Assembly: GCA_977862235.1 (NCBI GenBank)
Contig: OZ374566.1
Coordinates: 620,001-684,000, forward strand
DNA: 64,000 bases
From: Dudresnaya verticillata
Lineage: Eukaryota
Reading direction: 5' to 3'
The translations under genes were made by a program, and so were the position numbers. This document shows positions 21,619-32,738 of this stretch, piece by piece. A model generated the notes under the pieces. It searched no databases, was not told where the DNA came from, and worked only from the letters and a program-made list of their open reading frames with translations. How positions within the stretch are numbered: position 1 is the stretch's first letter; each line of letters begins with the position of its first letter.

Positions 21619-22822
21619 TCATAAGGAGGGCCTGATCAGCATTGGGCTCCCGTCGGCGTGAAAGCGCATGCTGCAAAGATGCACGTCAGGTGCTCTGATT
21701 TTAAGCGTTTCTCCGGGCAGAGAATTCATCCAATAAGGGGCCGAAGGCCAATCTAGTTGACCAACTGATACGCAGCACTTGGCCAATGTTGGATGGAAGA
21801 GTGCCGCCCTAGTTTCGACCACTACTACCTTCACAGTGCTCTTCTTTCTTTTTAGTCTGGGAGCATTTCCTCTTTCTTCGAAAGCGTGCCCTTCAGATGC
21901 TGTGGAACCTCTGTTGGTATGGGTTGTAACCAGTTATGTGACCGTTATTCTAACGCAAGCATCGCCACCTTTGGTAAAAGATTGTTCTGCAACTGCAAAT
22001 GAGGTTTGTCGAAGTTGCGAACTTGAGCGGTGCGCTGCAAAAGATTGTGAGATTTGCACAGTTCATGGCATTACCAGGTACAATCTTTTTTTACCTTCAA
22101 TGTGTCATGGCGTATCTGCGACTGGAAAAAGCCGGTGTCGCGGAAAATAGTTTCCTCCAGATTCCTTTGTTGAGCCGGAAGGCCTTGCGTGGTGTCCCTT
22201 TCGCGTTAACTATGGCCTTGAAGGGGCTACAATAGAGTTACTTTCATGGCCCTCACGACTCTTTGAGTGCAGTCATTTGCATCAAGGCGACGGATATCGA
22301 GGGCAATGCCGTACAGTAGACCCTGTACAGTAGCCATCAAAGTTGCTGGTAGCAACTAAAGAAGCAACTTGCTGGTGTACAAATGTGTTCTTCTTTCGGT
22401 CTCGATATAGAGCAGGTGCGAATAGCTTACGCAAGAAGCCGAGTGTCCTGACGTGGGTATCACTGCGCGCGTGCCCCGCACTCTGAACGCGTCTCTAAGA
22501 ATATCATAGTGCAACTAGGTTGGTAGCTGTCACCAGGCTTCATTAGTCTGATAAATCTTATGGGCTGCACGTTGCTGAGGGCGCCGCCGACATTCCTTCC
22601 ATTGGCCGAGCAGATCTGTATGTGCTTGTGCTCGTCCTCCCAAGTTATGAGCTCCTCCAGTTCGGGCCATGCCTCGCCAACACCCAATTGGATTTTTTCG
22701 TTCGCGAAAGGGAGCAGAAGCCTGATCCTTGTCGAAATTCCATTGGCCCAGATAGATCTTGTTGGGACATCAAAACGACGAGTTACGCCACCCCCAATCC
22801 TCCCGTTCCTCTCGGATGTCAT
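21619..22822 (-). CDS. Possible multi-exon hypothetical gene; exon structure unresolved
   Basis: ATG at 22822 is divergent from carB. Several short open segments are flanked by GTAAGC/GTAACT/GTAAAA donors and CAG/TAG acceptors, and a terminal ORF ends at 21619. No homology recognised. Confidence 0.25.
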
Positions 22823-23042
22823 CTCCAGCGGCAGGCGAAAGGCACAAAACTATTTCCACCTTTGAGAAGCCACCCCGTCGCCAATCCATCAACCTCTCTC
22901 GCCACAGAGAGCTGAGCAAAACCCCTCCTGCTGTCCCTCTTCCATTTCGTACCGGGTGCTACGCACCGCTCCGCTCACCCAGCCGTCTCCATTGCCCAGT
23001 CACATAGCCCACCCACCCACAAACGTGTGCTCCCTCTGCATC

Positions 23043-26000
23043 ATGGCTCCCCCGCATCCGCCGATGTTCATCGCACCGTCGGCGTTGCCGGTGCGTCGTT
23101 CGACCCCGCGTCTCGCCAGCACTGCCTTCGTGCCAACGGTGTCGCGTCGGACGCAAGTGCGCCGGTCCGCCGCGCGTGTCACCATGCAGGACCCCTTACC
23201 GGAGCCGCGCACGTGGGACGACTGTACGCTAGAGGATGGCATATCGGCCACCTTGTGGTCCGGACTGTTCGAGAGGTCCACCGTAGAGCTTAAGCGTCGT
23301 GACGACATCAAGAAGATCTTGCTGATCGGGGCGGGTGCCATTGTCATCGGCCAGGGCGCTGAGTTCGACTACTCTGGTACACAAGCCTGCAAGGCGCTCC
23401 GCGCGGAGGGGTTCGAAGTTGTTCTCGTCAACTCCAATCCGGCTACCATTATGACTGATCCGGAGACTGCTGATCGTGTCTATATCGAACCACTTACGCC
23501 GGAGGTCATTGAGAAGATCATCATCGAGGAAAAGCCGGATGCTCTCCTTCCTACCATGGGCGGACAGACTGGTCTAAACCTCGCCACTCGGCTTGCAGAG
23601 GACGGGGTGCTGGAGAAGCATGGTGTTGAGCTTATCGGTGCAAAGCTTGATGCTATTCAGAAGGGGGAGGATCGATTACTGTTCCGTGACGCGATGGAAC
23701 GTATCGGTGTGTCGTGCTGTAGGAGTGGTATTGTTGAGAATATGGAAATGGCGGAGAAGGTCGCGGAAGAGATTGGCAGTTTTCCGCTAATCATCCGTCC
23801 TGCATTCACGCTCGGTGGAACAGGTGGAGGAATTGCATACAACCGACCAGAGTATCTTCATATGGCGCAGATTGGCTTAGAGGCTTCTCCGGTTTCGCAA
23901 ATTCTGGTGGAGCAATCCTTGCTTGGGTGGAAAGAATACGAACTTGAAGTCATGCGGGATGGAGCTGATAACGTTGTCGTTGTCTGCAGTATTGAAAATA
24001 TTGATCCCATGGGCGTGCATACTGGTGACAGTATCACCGTTGCGCCGACGCAAACTTTGACGGACAAGGAGTACCAGAACCTGAGAGACATGGCTGTGGA
24101 TATCATTCGAGAAATTGGTGTTGAAACGGGAGGATCGAACATCCAATTCTCGGTGAACCCTGCGAATGGCGATATCATTGTCATCGAAATGAATCCGCGT
24201 GTCTCGCGATCATCGGCTCTTGCATCGAAGGCGACTGGTTTCCCTATTGCCAAGCTTGCAGCTAAGCTCTCGGTTGGGCTCAGTCTGCCGGAGATTAAGA
24301 ATGACATTACAATGGAAACCCCGGCGTCATTTGAACCGACCTTGGATTACGTCGTGACAAAGGTCCCACGGTTTGCTTTCGAAAAGTTCAGTGGAGCTCC
24401 TGAAACGCTTTCCACTCAAATGCGGGCTGTGGGAGAGGCCATGGCGATAGGCCGAACGTTCATAGAGTCATTCCAAAAGGCACTGCGTAGTCTGGAGACT
24501 GGCCGCTTCGGGTGGGGGTTGGATGGCAAGGATAAAGTAATCAAGAGCCGCACCGCTTTGGAGGCTATGCTGCGTCGCCCCACACCGGAGAGAATCTACT
24601 ATGTCAGGCAAGCTTTTGATGCGGGTATGTCTGTCGAGGAGATCTTCGAAGTTTCCAAGTATGACCCGTGGTTTTTGTGGAAGCTTCGAGAAATTTATGA
24701 CTTGGGAGAAGAGATGAGGAAATGTGCTTCCCTTCAAGACATTCAGACGCAACAGATGTTCGTCTACAAGTCAGCTGGCTACAGCGATCGACAGATAGCT
24801 AGTGCTCTGAACGTGACAGAAGATCAAGTCCGGTTGAGAAGGAAGGAGTTGGGTGTGCGGCCTGTGTTTAAAACGGTGGATACTTGTGCGGCAGAATTCC
24901 CTGCCTTCACGCCCTATATGTACGGTTCGTATGATTCACTACTTTCCTGGGGACCTGAGCTCCAGCTAGAGTCTGAGACTCCACCGCCAACGGGAAAGCA
25001 GAAAGTTGTCATTCTTGGACAAGGACCGAATCGCATCGGACAGGGTATTGAGTTTGACTACTGCTGTGTTCATGCCTGTTTTGCTCTCCGCGATGCTGGA
25101 TTCGAAACTGTGATGATCAACTCGAACCCGGAGACCGTGTCGACCGACTATGACACTGCGGATCGTCTGTATTTCGAGCCTTTGACGTTTGAGGATGTCG
25201 TGGCGGTTCTTGAGGCGGAGAAACCTGATGGTGTTGTGGTTCAGTTTGGAGGGCAGACTCCGTTAAAGCTTGCAGTCGCGCTAGAGGCGTATTTGGCCTC
25301 CGATGAAGCGAAGGAGGCTGGCCTGGATTGTAAGATTCTTGGTACTCCGCCAGACTCCATTGATGCGGCAGAAGACCGCGACCGTTTTATGGATATTCTG
25401 CAGGAGCTTGGAATTCGCCAGCCGGCGAATGGCATTGCAAGGTCATACGAAGAGGCTGCTAATGTGGCCGATAACATTGAGTATCCAGTGGTAGTCCGAC
25501 CGAGCTATGTGTTGGGTGGACGGGGAATGGAAATTGTTTTCAATGAGGAAGAGCTAAAGAGGTACATGACTGCTGACGTAGTCGTCGAATCCGAACATCC
25601 TGTCCTTATTGACCGTTTCCTTGACAATGCGACAGAAGTTGATGTAGATGCTATAGCCGATATGCATGGAAATGTTGTTATTGGAGGTATCATGGAGCAT
25701 ATCGAAGCTGCGGGTATTCATTCAGGTGATTCCGCTTGTTCGATCCCAACTATTTCGATTCCTTACAACGCAATGGTGACAATCCGGTCTTGGACAGTGG
25801 CATTGGCAAAGCGCCTTGGGGTTATTGGTTTGATGAATGTGCAGTGGGCAGTCCAAGGCGAAAACGTGTTCATCCTGGAAGCAAATCCGAGAGCATCGAG
25901 GACAGTTCCCTTTGTCTCCAAGGCAATTGGACAGCCTCTTGCGAAAATTGCATCTCTTGTTATGATGGGGTCTAACCTACGAGAGCTTGGTCTTGACAAG

Positions 26001-26639
26001 GAGATCATTCCCCGATACACGAGCGTGAAGGAGGCTGTCCTGCCATTTAAAAAGTTTCCAGGCGCTGATATTTTGCTTTCCCCAGAGATGCGGTCGACTG
26101 GGGAAGTCATGGGTATTGACGATTCATTCGCCATGGCCTACGCCAAGGCAGAGCTTGCGTCAGGGCTAGTCATACCGACATCAGGAACCGTGTTCATGAG
26201 TCTTGGCGATCAAGACAAAGATTCAGCTGTTCCTATTGCATTTGATCTTGTGGACCTGGGTTTCCAGTTGTATGCCACTCGAGGAACGTACGTGAAGCTT
26301 ATCGCAGGAGGACTGAATCCAACAGATGTGGAAATGGTGTTGAAAGTTCACGAGGGTCGCCCTCATGTTCTTGACAGGATTAAGAACGGGGATGTCAATC
26401 TCTTCATCTGCTCCCCAAGCAGGAAGCCAGAAGACCTGGAGAGCACAAGGGCAGTGAGAAGCGCTGCTCTCTCTTCGAATGTCCCATACGTGACAACTGT
26501 GGCCGCTGCTAGGGCAATTGCTCAAGCTATTCGCGTTCTGCAGACACAAGAGATCACAGTGAAGGCCATGCAAGAATATCACAAGACCACTCCACCCGTT
26601 GCCTTGCAAGGAGCTGCAAATTTCGCTACTTCAGTATAG
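23043..26639 (+). CDS. carB: Carbamoyl-phosphate synthase large subunit, plastid-targeted
   Basis: [29 protein letters not shown], two ATP-grasp halves ([38 protein letters not shown]), MGS domain, Ser/Arg-rich transit peptide. Confidence 0.97.
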   Translation: MAPPHPPMFIAPSALPVRRSTPRLASTAFVPTVSRRTQVRRSAARVTMQDPLPEPRTWDDCTLEDGISATLWSGLFERSTVELKRRDDIKKILLIGAGAIVIGQGAEFDYSGTQACKALRAEGFEVVLVNSNPATIMTDPETADRVYIEPLTPEVIEKIIIEEKPDALLPTMGGQTGLNLATRLAEDGVLEKHGVELIGAKLDAIQKGEDRLLFRDAMERIGVSCCRSGIVENMEMAEKVAEEIGSFPLIIRPAFTLGGTGGGIAYNRPEYLHMAQIGLEASPVSQILVEQSLLGWKEYELEVMRDGADNVVVVCSIENIDPMGVHTGDSITVAPTQTLTDKEYQNLRDMAVDIIREIGVETGGSNIQFSVNPANGDIIVIEMNPRVSRSSALASKATGFPIAKLAAKLSVGLSLPEIKNDITMETPASFEPTLDYVVTKVPRFAFEKFSGAPETLSTQMRAVGEAMAIGRTFIESFQKALRSLETGRFGWGLDGKDKVIKSRTALEAMLRRPTPERIYYVRQAFDAGMSVEEIFEVSKYDPWFLWKLREIYDLGEEMRKCASLQDIQTQQMFVYKSAGYSDRQIASALNVTEDQVRLRRKELGVRPVFKTVDTCAAEFPAFTPYMYGSYDSLLSWGPELQLESETPPPTGKQKVVILGQGPNRIGQGIEFDYCCVHACFALRDAGFETVMINSNPETVSTDYDTADRLYFEPLTFEDVVAVLEAEKPDGVVVQFGGQTPLKLAVALEAYLASDEAKEAGLDCKILGTPPDSIDAAEDRDRFMDILQELGIRQPANGIARSYEEAANVADNIEYPVVVRPSYVLGGRGMEIVFNEEELKRYMTADVVVESEHPVLIDRFLDNATEVDVDAIADMHGNVVIGGIMEHIEAAGIHSGDSACSIPTISIPYNAMVTIRSWTVALAKRLGVIGLMNVQWAVQGENVFILEANPRASRTVPFVSKAIGQPLAKIASLVMMGSNLRELGLDKEIIPRYTSVKEAVLPFKKFPGADILLSPEMRSTGEVMGIDDSFAMAYAKAELASGLVIPTSGTVFMSLGDQDKDSAVPIAFDLVDLGFQLYATRGTYVKLIAGGLNPTDVEMVLKVHEGRPHVLDRIKNGDVNLFICSPSRKPEDLESTRAVRSAALSSNVPYVTTVAAARAIAQAIRVLQTQEITVKAMQEYHKTTPPVALQGAANFATSV

Positions 26640-26947
26640 TCTGCCCTCTGCCTCAGAGAGAAGGCATATATGTGAGGATTTGAAACTTTGAGATGCTGTA
26701 CATTCTTCAGTAAAGGGGCTTTGTCATTTACATGCCGTGCCTGAATAGATATGGCGACGCCTGTGGGGAGGATTTTTGGTATATCTACAAAAGACGGATC
26801 AAAATCATTCACGATCAACTGCGGTCTATCACGACAATGATATCCCCATCACACGAAGAGATTGAGCCGTTGTTCCCATCTGCTTTTCAGCCTTGCCTTA
26901 AGTTCAGTATGTACATTTCTTTCGGAACCTTCTGTGAAATTGGGTCC

Positions 26948-29900
26948 TTAGACCGAGGGAGCGCTTCGTGCCTGCTCTGCAGCTTTTCGCGTACGAATGC
27001 CGTAGACATAAGGACCTCGAACGCCACCATGATTATGTCTGTCCCACTCACCAGTAACCTCAAGTTTCAGAATTTTTGAGAAGAAGGCCTTTATCCGGTA
27101 GATCTTTAGCTTATCCTTCTCGGATGTGCATTGCTTGTGGTAGTCATCCTTTAAGTTACACAGCCTGATGTAGTCCTTAGAAGTGTGCCTGTCCGTGTTT
27201 CCAGTCAACTCATACGTTACCGAAAGGTAGTGCGCAAATCCATGATACTCATGATCTTCCTTCGCAAGAATAGCTGCCAGCATTTCCTGTCTGCTCTTCA
27301 GTGAAGTTGTACATTGCTGGCTCGTCTCTGCGCCGCTCCTTCGCTGTGATGCCGAAACTCTTCCGTGTCCCCGGCTTCTTGGACTCGCTTGTGCTCTTGA
27401 TTCTCCTCGGCTACGCCCGGCGGACTGACTAGCGTTTCGACGATTACGGCCTGGACCCTTGGCCTTCGGCCCGGACCTCGTAGTTTTGCCCTGCACCGGC
27501 TTTGCACCCCGTGACCGACCGTCTGGACTATGTAGCGAGGTAGTTTGCATTGCATCGCCTTGAGCGGGCGCTGGGAACTGACGCACATTGCTTTCCCCAT
27601 CTCCCGCGACAAATTCAGCCGGCTGCACAGTCTTAAGTGCAGTGCGAGTCTGTGAGTCAGAAGCAACATTGATCTCCACCTCTCTTCCTCCGGCAGCAAC
27701 AGCCGCAGCCGCAGCCGCAGCAACAGTAACGCTGTTTGCTGGTGGAGCTGTTCGAGCACCCGGGGGGCCTATTTTCGTAGTCCCTTGTATTGCAGAGTGC
27801 TGCGGAATACCAGCAGCAGCTTGGGCATGGAGCATTTCAGAGGCCTGAGCTGCGCCGAAATACATTGGATGTGGCGGCAACCCGTATGGATTCTGAGCTC
27901 CTGCATGGGCCTGAGGTTGTGATGACATTGGTATATTGCCATAGGAACCGTTCTGTGGCAATGCATTAGACAGCACTGATGGATCAAACATTCCTGTCCC
28001 ATACATTCCGTACCCAACCGGAAGCATACCGGACATGGCAAGCTTAGCAGCATTCGGCGCTGCCGATCCAGGCGTGACTTCACCTCTTTCGCTGTTTCCT
28101 AAGGAATGTGGATTGACAACAGGCAAAACGTGATGAAAGCCGTAGAACTGACCCATTCCAAACTGGTGAGCATACATACCACTTGCTCCATCTGTGCCTT
28201 GAAAGGCTGGACTTATACTTGCATCTGCTGCACTTGACGAAGGTCCCACAACGACAGGAGGGGCTGCCACGGGAACCCCTGCGACCGTGTTCACTGCACC
28301 GTTGGTGCCATTTGCTCCAGATGCGTACATGCTGTCAATCACAGAGTGAATATGTGCATGCTGTTGTTGCTGCGGGGGCGGTGCGGGCTGTGCAGGTTGT
28401 GGTTGCTGCGGGGGTTGTGGGGGCTGTGGAGCCTGTTGGGTTGCGGGTTGCGTTTGCTGATGCTGCGGGTGTGTCGGGTGCGATGTGTGTTGGGCTTGGT
28501 GTTGCTGCTGCTGCTGCTGCTGCAGGTTGAACTGTTGCAGCTGGTGAAATTGCCGAAGCTGTTGCAGCTGCTGAAACGACTGGAACTGCTGCTGTGGTTG
28601 AGGTTGTGGATAGTGGGCATGAGAGCCTCCAATACCCAGCGGAAGGGACGACAGAGCGTGTGGCCCTAAGTATGACGGAAACTGTGTTTGTGCTTGCCCT
28701 GATGCAGGTTTTTCCTTGGCTCTAGACTGATCTGAATGCTGTTGGCCCTCTATACCTGTTGACAATGGCTCAGAAGGCAACTTCGGGGCTTCCGGTGGGT
28801 TTGTCAAGACGGTGGGTTCATACTTCATTTGATGTTCCAGCTGGTCCACACCGAGCACACCGGATTGACCGTGAAGTATCCCTTGCGCCTCACTGCTGTT
28901 CTCATTGGCAAACGATGCAACTTCAACGTCCGCACCTAAGGCTACAATATCTGTAGAAGCAGACAGCATAGCAGAAGCAGGAGTTTGCTCATGCGCTGTG
29001 ATAAGTGCATGCTCAATGGACTCGTGTTGATCTCCCATCGGCACAGCTAGCGCACCCTCCGCAAGACTGGCAGTATCCATAGCAATGAGCGGATCGCTGC
29101 CAGAGGAAGCACTAGACAAGAAAGTAGACTGCTGATCACACTGCAAGAGGGCCCATAGCGATGGCAGAAGACTCATCTTTCCCGACAACGCAGCGGTGTC
29201 ATCAACTTGCAAGACCTCGGGCTCTTCCTTTGGCCATTCTTTGATAATATCCTCATCCTTGACGTCAAGAATACCTCGCAGTACCGACATGCCTGAAAAA
29301 ATACGCTTCATGATTCTCATTGCCTTCAAGGCTCTAGTTCTCGCTTCTCCAACCTGCACAATACGGTTCGGATAAGTCTTCCCGAGCTCAACGCCTGATG
29401 ATTTGAGCAATTCTGGTGGTGCTTTCCATGGTTGGTGCACAAACTCGGTAGGCAGTTTTGCCAGTTCCGGGAGCCATCGTCGGACGTAGCTACCCGACGG
29501 GTCATGACGATACGCTACCTTCACAGGGTTTACAAGGCAGCTTACTGGGAATGCGTCGGTATTACTTCCTGCAGTCCATTGCCATCCTAATGCGTTTGAT
29601 GAGCGGTCCCCATCAATGAGGAGCTTGTAAAACTCCTTCAGACCTCTAGACCACGGAAGCAGCAAATACTTCGTCAAGAAGCATGCAACTAGGAATCGCA
29701 TGCCATTGTGGATCCAACCAGTCTCCTCTAGCTCTCGCATCGCAGCATCAACTATTGGATAGCCTGTTTTCCCGCTTCGCCAAGACTCGAAAGACCCGTT
29801 GTCTTCAGCCCACGGAAAGCTCGCAAACTCGGGAATGAGGGGCTTTGAGTTAAAATCAGGATTGTGAAACAAAACGTGGTAGGAGAAGTCCCGAAGGCAC

Positions 29901-31306
29901 AAGTTTTTCAAAAAGGCTCGTGCAGACAGCGATATGTGCGGCAAACCAGGCTTCTTATAGTTCTTCGGAGTATGTCTGCCAGGATCTCCACTCCGGTTCT
30001 TCCCCGCTTTCGATGTATTCGAACTATCCTTGCCATCGGTACCATGCCCGCGCGATTGGCCATTAGCTGCTGGCAGCTTATCATCCAGATCAACATCTGA
30101 GGGTCTATCCGGCTCCTCCTTCCGCCTCTTCTTGGTCACCATGCCGTTCTCCCCCGCCCCATTTTTAGCTAGCTTCGGCCCCTCACGCTGAAGAGAGGGA
30201 TCATGCTTCCCCTGACCTGGTCTTCTCCTTTGGTATGGGCGCTGAAAGAAGCTTGCTCTGTCCCATCGCGAAACCCGCAATCTCGTCGAGTGGTACATTC
30301 GCCGCGGGCTAAGCTCCCCAAATCGAATATGAGGACTTAATCTACTCGTTCCATCAAAGTGGCGACGACATCGTCCTTCTCCGAAAGCTGGAAAGACCTC
30401 GTGCAAAAACTTGTCAAGTTGAACTTTAGCTTGCTTGCTCCCGGGTATCCATATCTTAGACATATAATCATGCGTCTTTGTAGGAATCTCCAGTCCTAGA
30501 GAACCAATGCCTATTGACATCACTGCGCGCGTAATGGGCTGTAACCGAGAAGGACATGGAAACGGTTGCGGTGGAGGGGGAACGGTCATCCACTCTCGCA
30601 TGTACCCATGAAACGTATCAAAGCACGGCGACACGTCCGTATTCGATAGCTCCCACGGCTCCACAAGCAACTCAGCCTTGAAACTTTCAGCAGTGAGACC
30701 CTCATGCCCTAGTTCGACACGAAGATCTTCATCACGAGTCAACAGGTCTGGCTCGTAGCAACGATTCCAGAACACAGCATCAGCCCCAGTTTCCGCAAGA
30801 AAATTCCGAAGCTCGTCTGTGCTATGCCCTTCCCGCGTGTAGAGCTGTACACCAAGGCGTTTCAAGTCGTACTCTAATCGACTAAGAGACTCGCGAAGCC
30901 ACCATTGTTTCACTGGACCAAGGCCAGACCCGAAGCCGTCGGACGGGTCCCAGACAAACAATGGGACAACCGGACCACCTCGCTGAGCAGCGGCTAGCAA
31001 GGCGGGGTGGTCTTCGACGCGCAAGTCGTGGCCGCGATACCACACGACGCTCGGTTTGCGAAACCATTTGGCGGTGGCAGACGGAGGCCCAGGTGCGGTT
31101 GTGGCGGGTGGGGGATGCGGCGGCGGCGGGGACGGGCTCGGCGACGAAGACGGCGAGGGCGGCGAGGCGCCAGGCGGGGATGGAGAGGATAACGAGTATG
31201 GCGGGCTAGAGGTACGGCGGCGCTTGGCTGGAGGTGAACGGTTGCGCGATGGGCGATGCAGGGCGGTCGGCGGTTGACCCGGCGGGGACGAGTGTGCCGG
31301 TAGCAT
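26948..31306 (-). CDS. CRY: Plant-like cryptochrome (photolyase/cryptochrome family) with very long C-terminal extension
   Basis: PHR domain: VVWYRGHDLRVEDHPAL, TSRLSPHIRFGELSPR, GKTGYPIVDAAMREL, LLIDGD...NALGWQW, DPSGSYVRRWLPELAKLP...HQPWKAP. Poly-Q/Pro C-terminal extension. First in-frame ATG at 31306; frame open from 31372. Confidence 0.92.
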   Translation of the reverse strand: MLPAHSSPPGQPPTALHRPSRNRSPPAKRRRTSSPPYSLSSPSPPGASPPSPSSSPSPSPPPPHPPPATTAPGPPSATAKWFRKPSVVWYRGHDLRVEDHPALLAAAQRGGPVVPLFVWDPSDGFGSGLGPVKQWWLRESLSRLEYDLKRLGVQLYTREGHSTDELRNFLAETGADAVFWNRCYEPDLLTRDEDLRVELGHEGLTAESFKAELLVEPWELSNTDVSPCFDTFHGYMREWMTVPPPPQPFPCPSRLQPITRAVMSIGIGSLGLEIPTKTHDYMSKIWIPGSKQAKVQLDKFLHEVFPAFGEGRCRRHFDGTSRLSPHIRFGELSPRRMYHSTRLRVSRWDRASFFQRPYQRRRPGQGKHDPSLQREGPKLAKNGAGENGMVTKKRRKEEPDRPSDVDLDDKLPAANGQSRGHGTDGKDSSNTSKAGKNRSGDPGRHTPKNYKKPGLPHISLSARAFLKNLCLRDFSYHVLFHNPDFNSKPLIPEFASFPWAEDNGSFESWRSGKTGYPIVDAAMRELEETGWIHNGMRFLVACFLTKYLLLPWSRGLKEFYKLLIDGDRSSNALGWQWTAGSNTDAFPVSCLVNPVKVAYRHDPSGSYVRRWLPELAKLPTEFVHQPWKAPPELLKSSGVELGKTYPNRIVQVGEARTRALKAMRIMKRIFSGMSVLRGILDVKDEDIIKEWPKEEPEVLQVDDTAALSGKMSLLPSLWALLQCDQQSTFLSSASSGSDPLIAMDTASLAEGALAVPMGDQHESIEHALITAHEQTPASAMLSASTDIVALGADVEVASFANENSSEAQGILHGQSGVLGVDQLEHQMKYEPTVLTNPPEAPKLPSEPLSTGIEGQQHSDQSRAKEKPASGQAQTQFPSYLGPHALSSLPLGIGGSHAHYPQPQPQQQFQSFQQLQQLRQFHQLQQFNLQQQQQQQHQAQHTSHPTHPQHQQTQPATQQAPQPPQPPQQPQPAQPAPPPQQQQHAHIHSVIDSMYASGANGTNGAVNTVAGVPVAAPPVVVGPSSSAADASISPAFQGTDGASGMYAHQFGMGQFYGFHHVLPVVNPHSLGNSERGEVTPGSAAPNAAKLAMSGMLPVGYGMYGTGMFDPSVLSNALPQNGSYGNIPMSSQPQAHAGAQNPYGLPPHPMYFGAAQASEMLHAQAAAGIPQHSAIQGTTKIGPPGARTAPPANSVTVAAAAAAAVAAGGREVEINVASDSQTRTALKTVQPAEFVAGDGESNVRQFPAPAQGDAMQTTSLHSPDGRSRGAKPVQGKTTRSGPKAKGPGRNRRNASQSAGRSRGESRAQASPRSRGHGRVSASQRRSGAETSQQCTTSLKSRQEMLAAILAKEDHEYHGFAHYLSVTYELTGNTDRHTSKDYIRLCNLKDDYHKQCTSEKDKLKIYRIKAFFSKILKLEVTGEWDRHNHGGVRGPYVYGIRTRKAAEQARSAPSV

Positions 31307-32687
31307 GCGGGGCTCGGTTGGGAGTCGAACCGCAGTTCCGCGCGAGGGGGTGGTGGCCACTGTGACGAGGCGTTACGCGGGGAGGTTGGCGGGGGTCATC
31401 GACATTTGGGGCGAGGATAAGGAGAAGTTATAGGGACGGACGCGGTGGCGGTCACGTGGAGTGGATGCGGCTGTCGGTCGGCGGAGGGAGGGAGGGGGAG
31501 ACAGGTGGCACATGAGGGCAGGAGCTTTGTCGGCTTGTGGAGCATGCACGGAGGAAATTTGGTCCCGGTTTGTTACACGGTTGCGGTTCGGCTGCGGGTC
31601 GCGGGGTGAGCGCCGCAGCGAGTTTGTTGTTGCCGCATGATGCCGTGGGGCTAAATTACGGCCTTTGATTTGCGGCCCGCCGGGGCATTGGCGGAGAGGG
31701 GCAGACGTACTGTAAAGCAGCGCTTCCGGGCGGCCCTCTGCTCTCCCCACATCCGCAACCTCCTCTCTGCTCTCCGCTCCACATTGTGAACTGCGATCCG
31801 AACGGAGCGGTCGCGCCATTTCTTTTAAACGACCATGGCCAGCATGCAACAGAAAGCCAAGCGCAGCAGCATTACGCCGTCTACCCGCCATCAATTGCTC
31901 CCCACCTACACTATCAAGCTATGCAGCTCTCTGATAAAATCCTGCTAGAGCTCAAGAGCAACCCTGTTTCTAAACTCACTAGCTGCATCCAAAAAACGTA
32001 CAACGGCCATTTTGCGAGAGAACTCCTCACGCCCGCCGTCGCCCCGGCGCGGAAAGGAGTTCGTTAGTGCTTCATCAGGCGAGTGCTAGGGTTGCCTGCG
32101 GGTCCAGCTCGAGTCAAGCATTTCAGGCCAGTCATGGTGCTAGCGGCGTATGGCGATATTTCCATGGCCCAAACTGGTGTTCGAGAACGCCCGGCGCCAG
32201 ACCGCCGCTGCCCGGCGGTGACCGCTCGCTTCTGGTACGTCGTGTTGAGGAAGGTGATTTGAAGCCGCGCGAATCTCCCACTCCGCCTCCAAAATACTCG
32301 ATCGACAAATCATTGCCCGAGCTGTAGCGGCTCGAAAATATCTTGGGATTTACCCAGCAACCCCTTCGGTCTCCAGGGTCTCATGGCACGCCGGGCACAT
32401 GGTGGCCGCTCTCCCGATGGCTCACAACCAGTCGCTGCACAACATGGAGAGAAACCCGCCCAATCTAACAGAATAGTGAATTTATTTAAAGACGGGGCAC
32501 CCGCAGTGTCCTAGCAGTAATGTACCAACCCTATATCCCACTGTAAAGTGGCCACTTCAAAGTGGTAATGTGTGTGCACAAGCGGAACAGAAAACCGGAG
32601 CACCGGGAGAAAATGCTGATGGAAGGCCTTGACGATATTTCCAGGAGCGCCTTCGGTCGGGCTCTTTTTATGTCATCGAGAACGGCC

Positions 32688-32738
32688 CGGTGTCCCGGCC
32701 GGGATTCGAACCGGCGACCAGAGTTCGAACTTGCGACC
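32688..32738 (-). other. Tandem tRNA T-arm / Pol III B-box-like motifs without a complete tRNA
   Basis: Minus strand reads GGTCGCAAGTTCGAACTCT-GGTCGCCGGTTCGAATCCC-GGCCGGGACACC (two 19-bp units). No D-arm or anticodon arm found. Confidence 0.45.
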
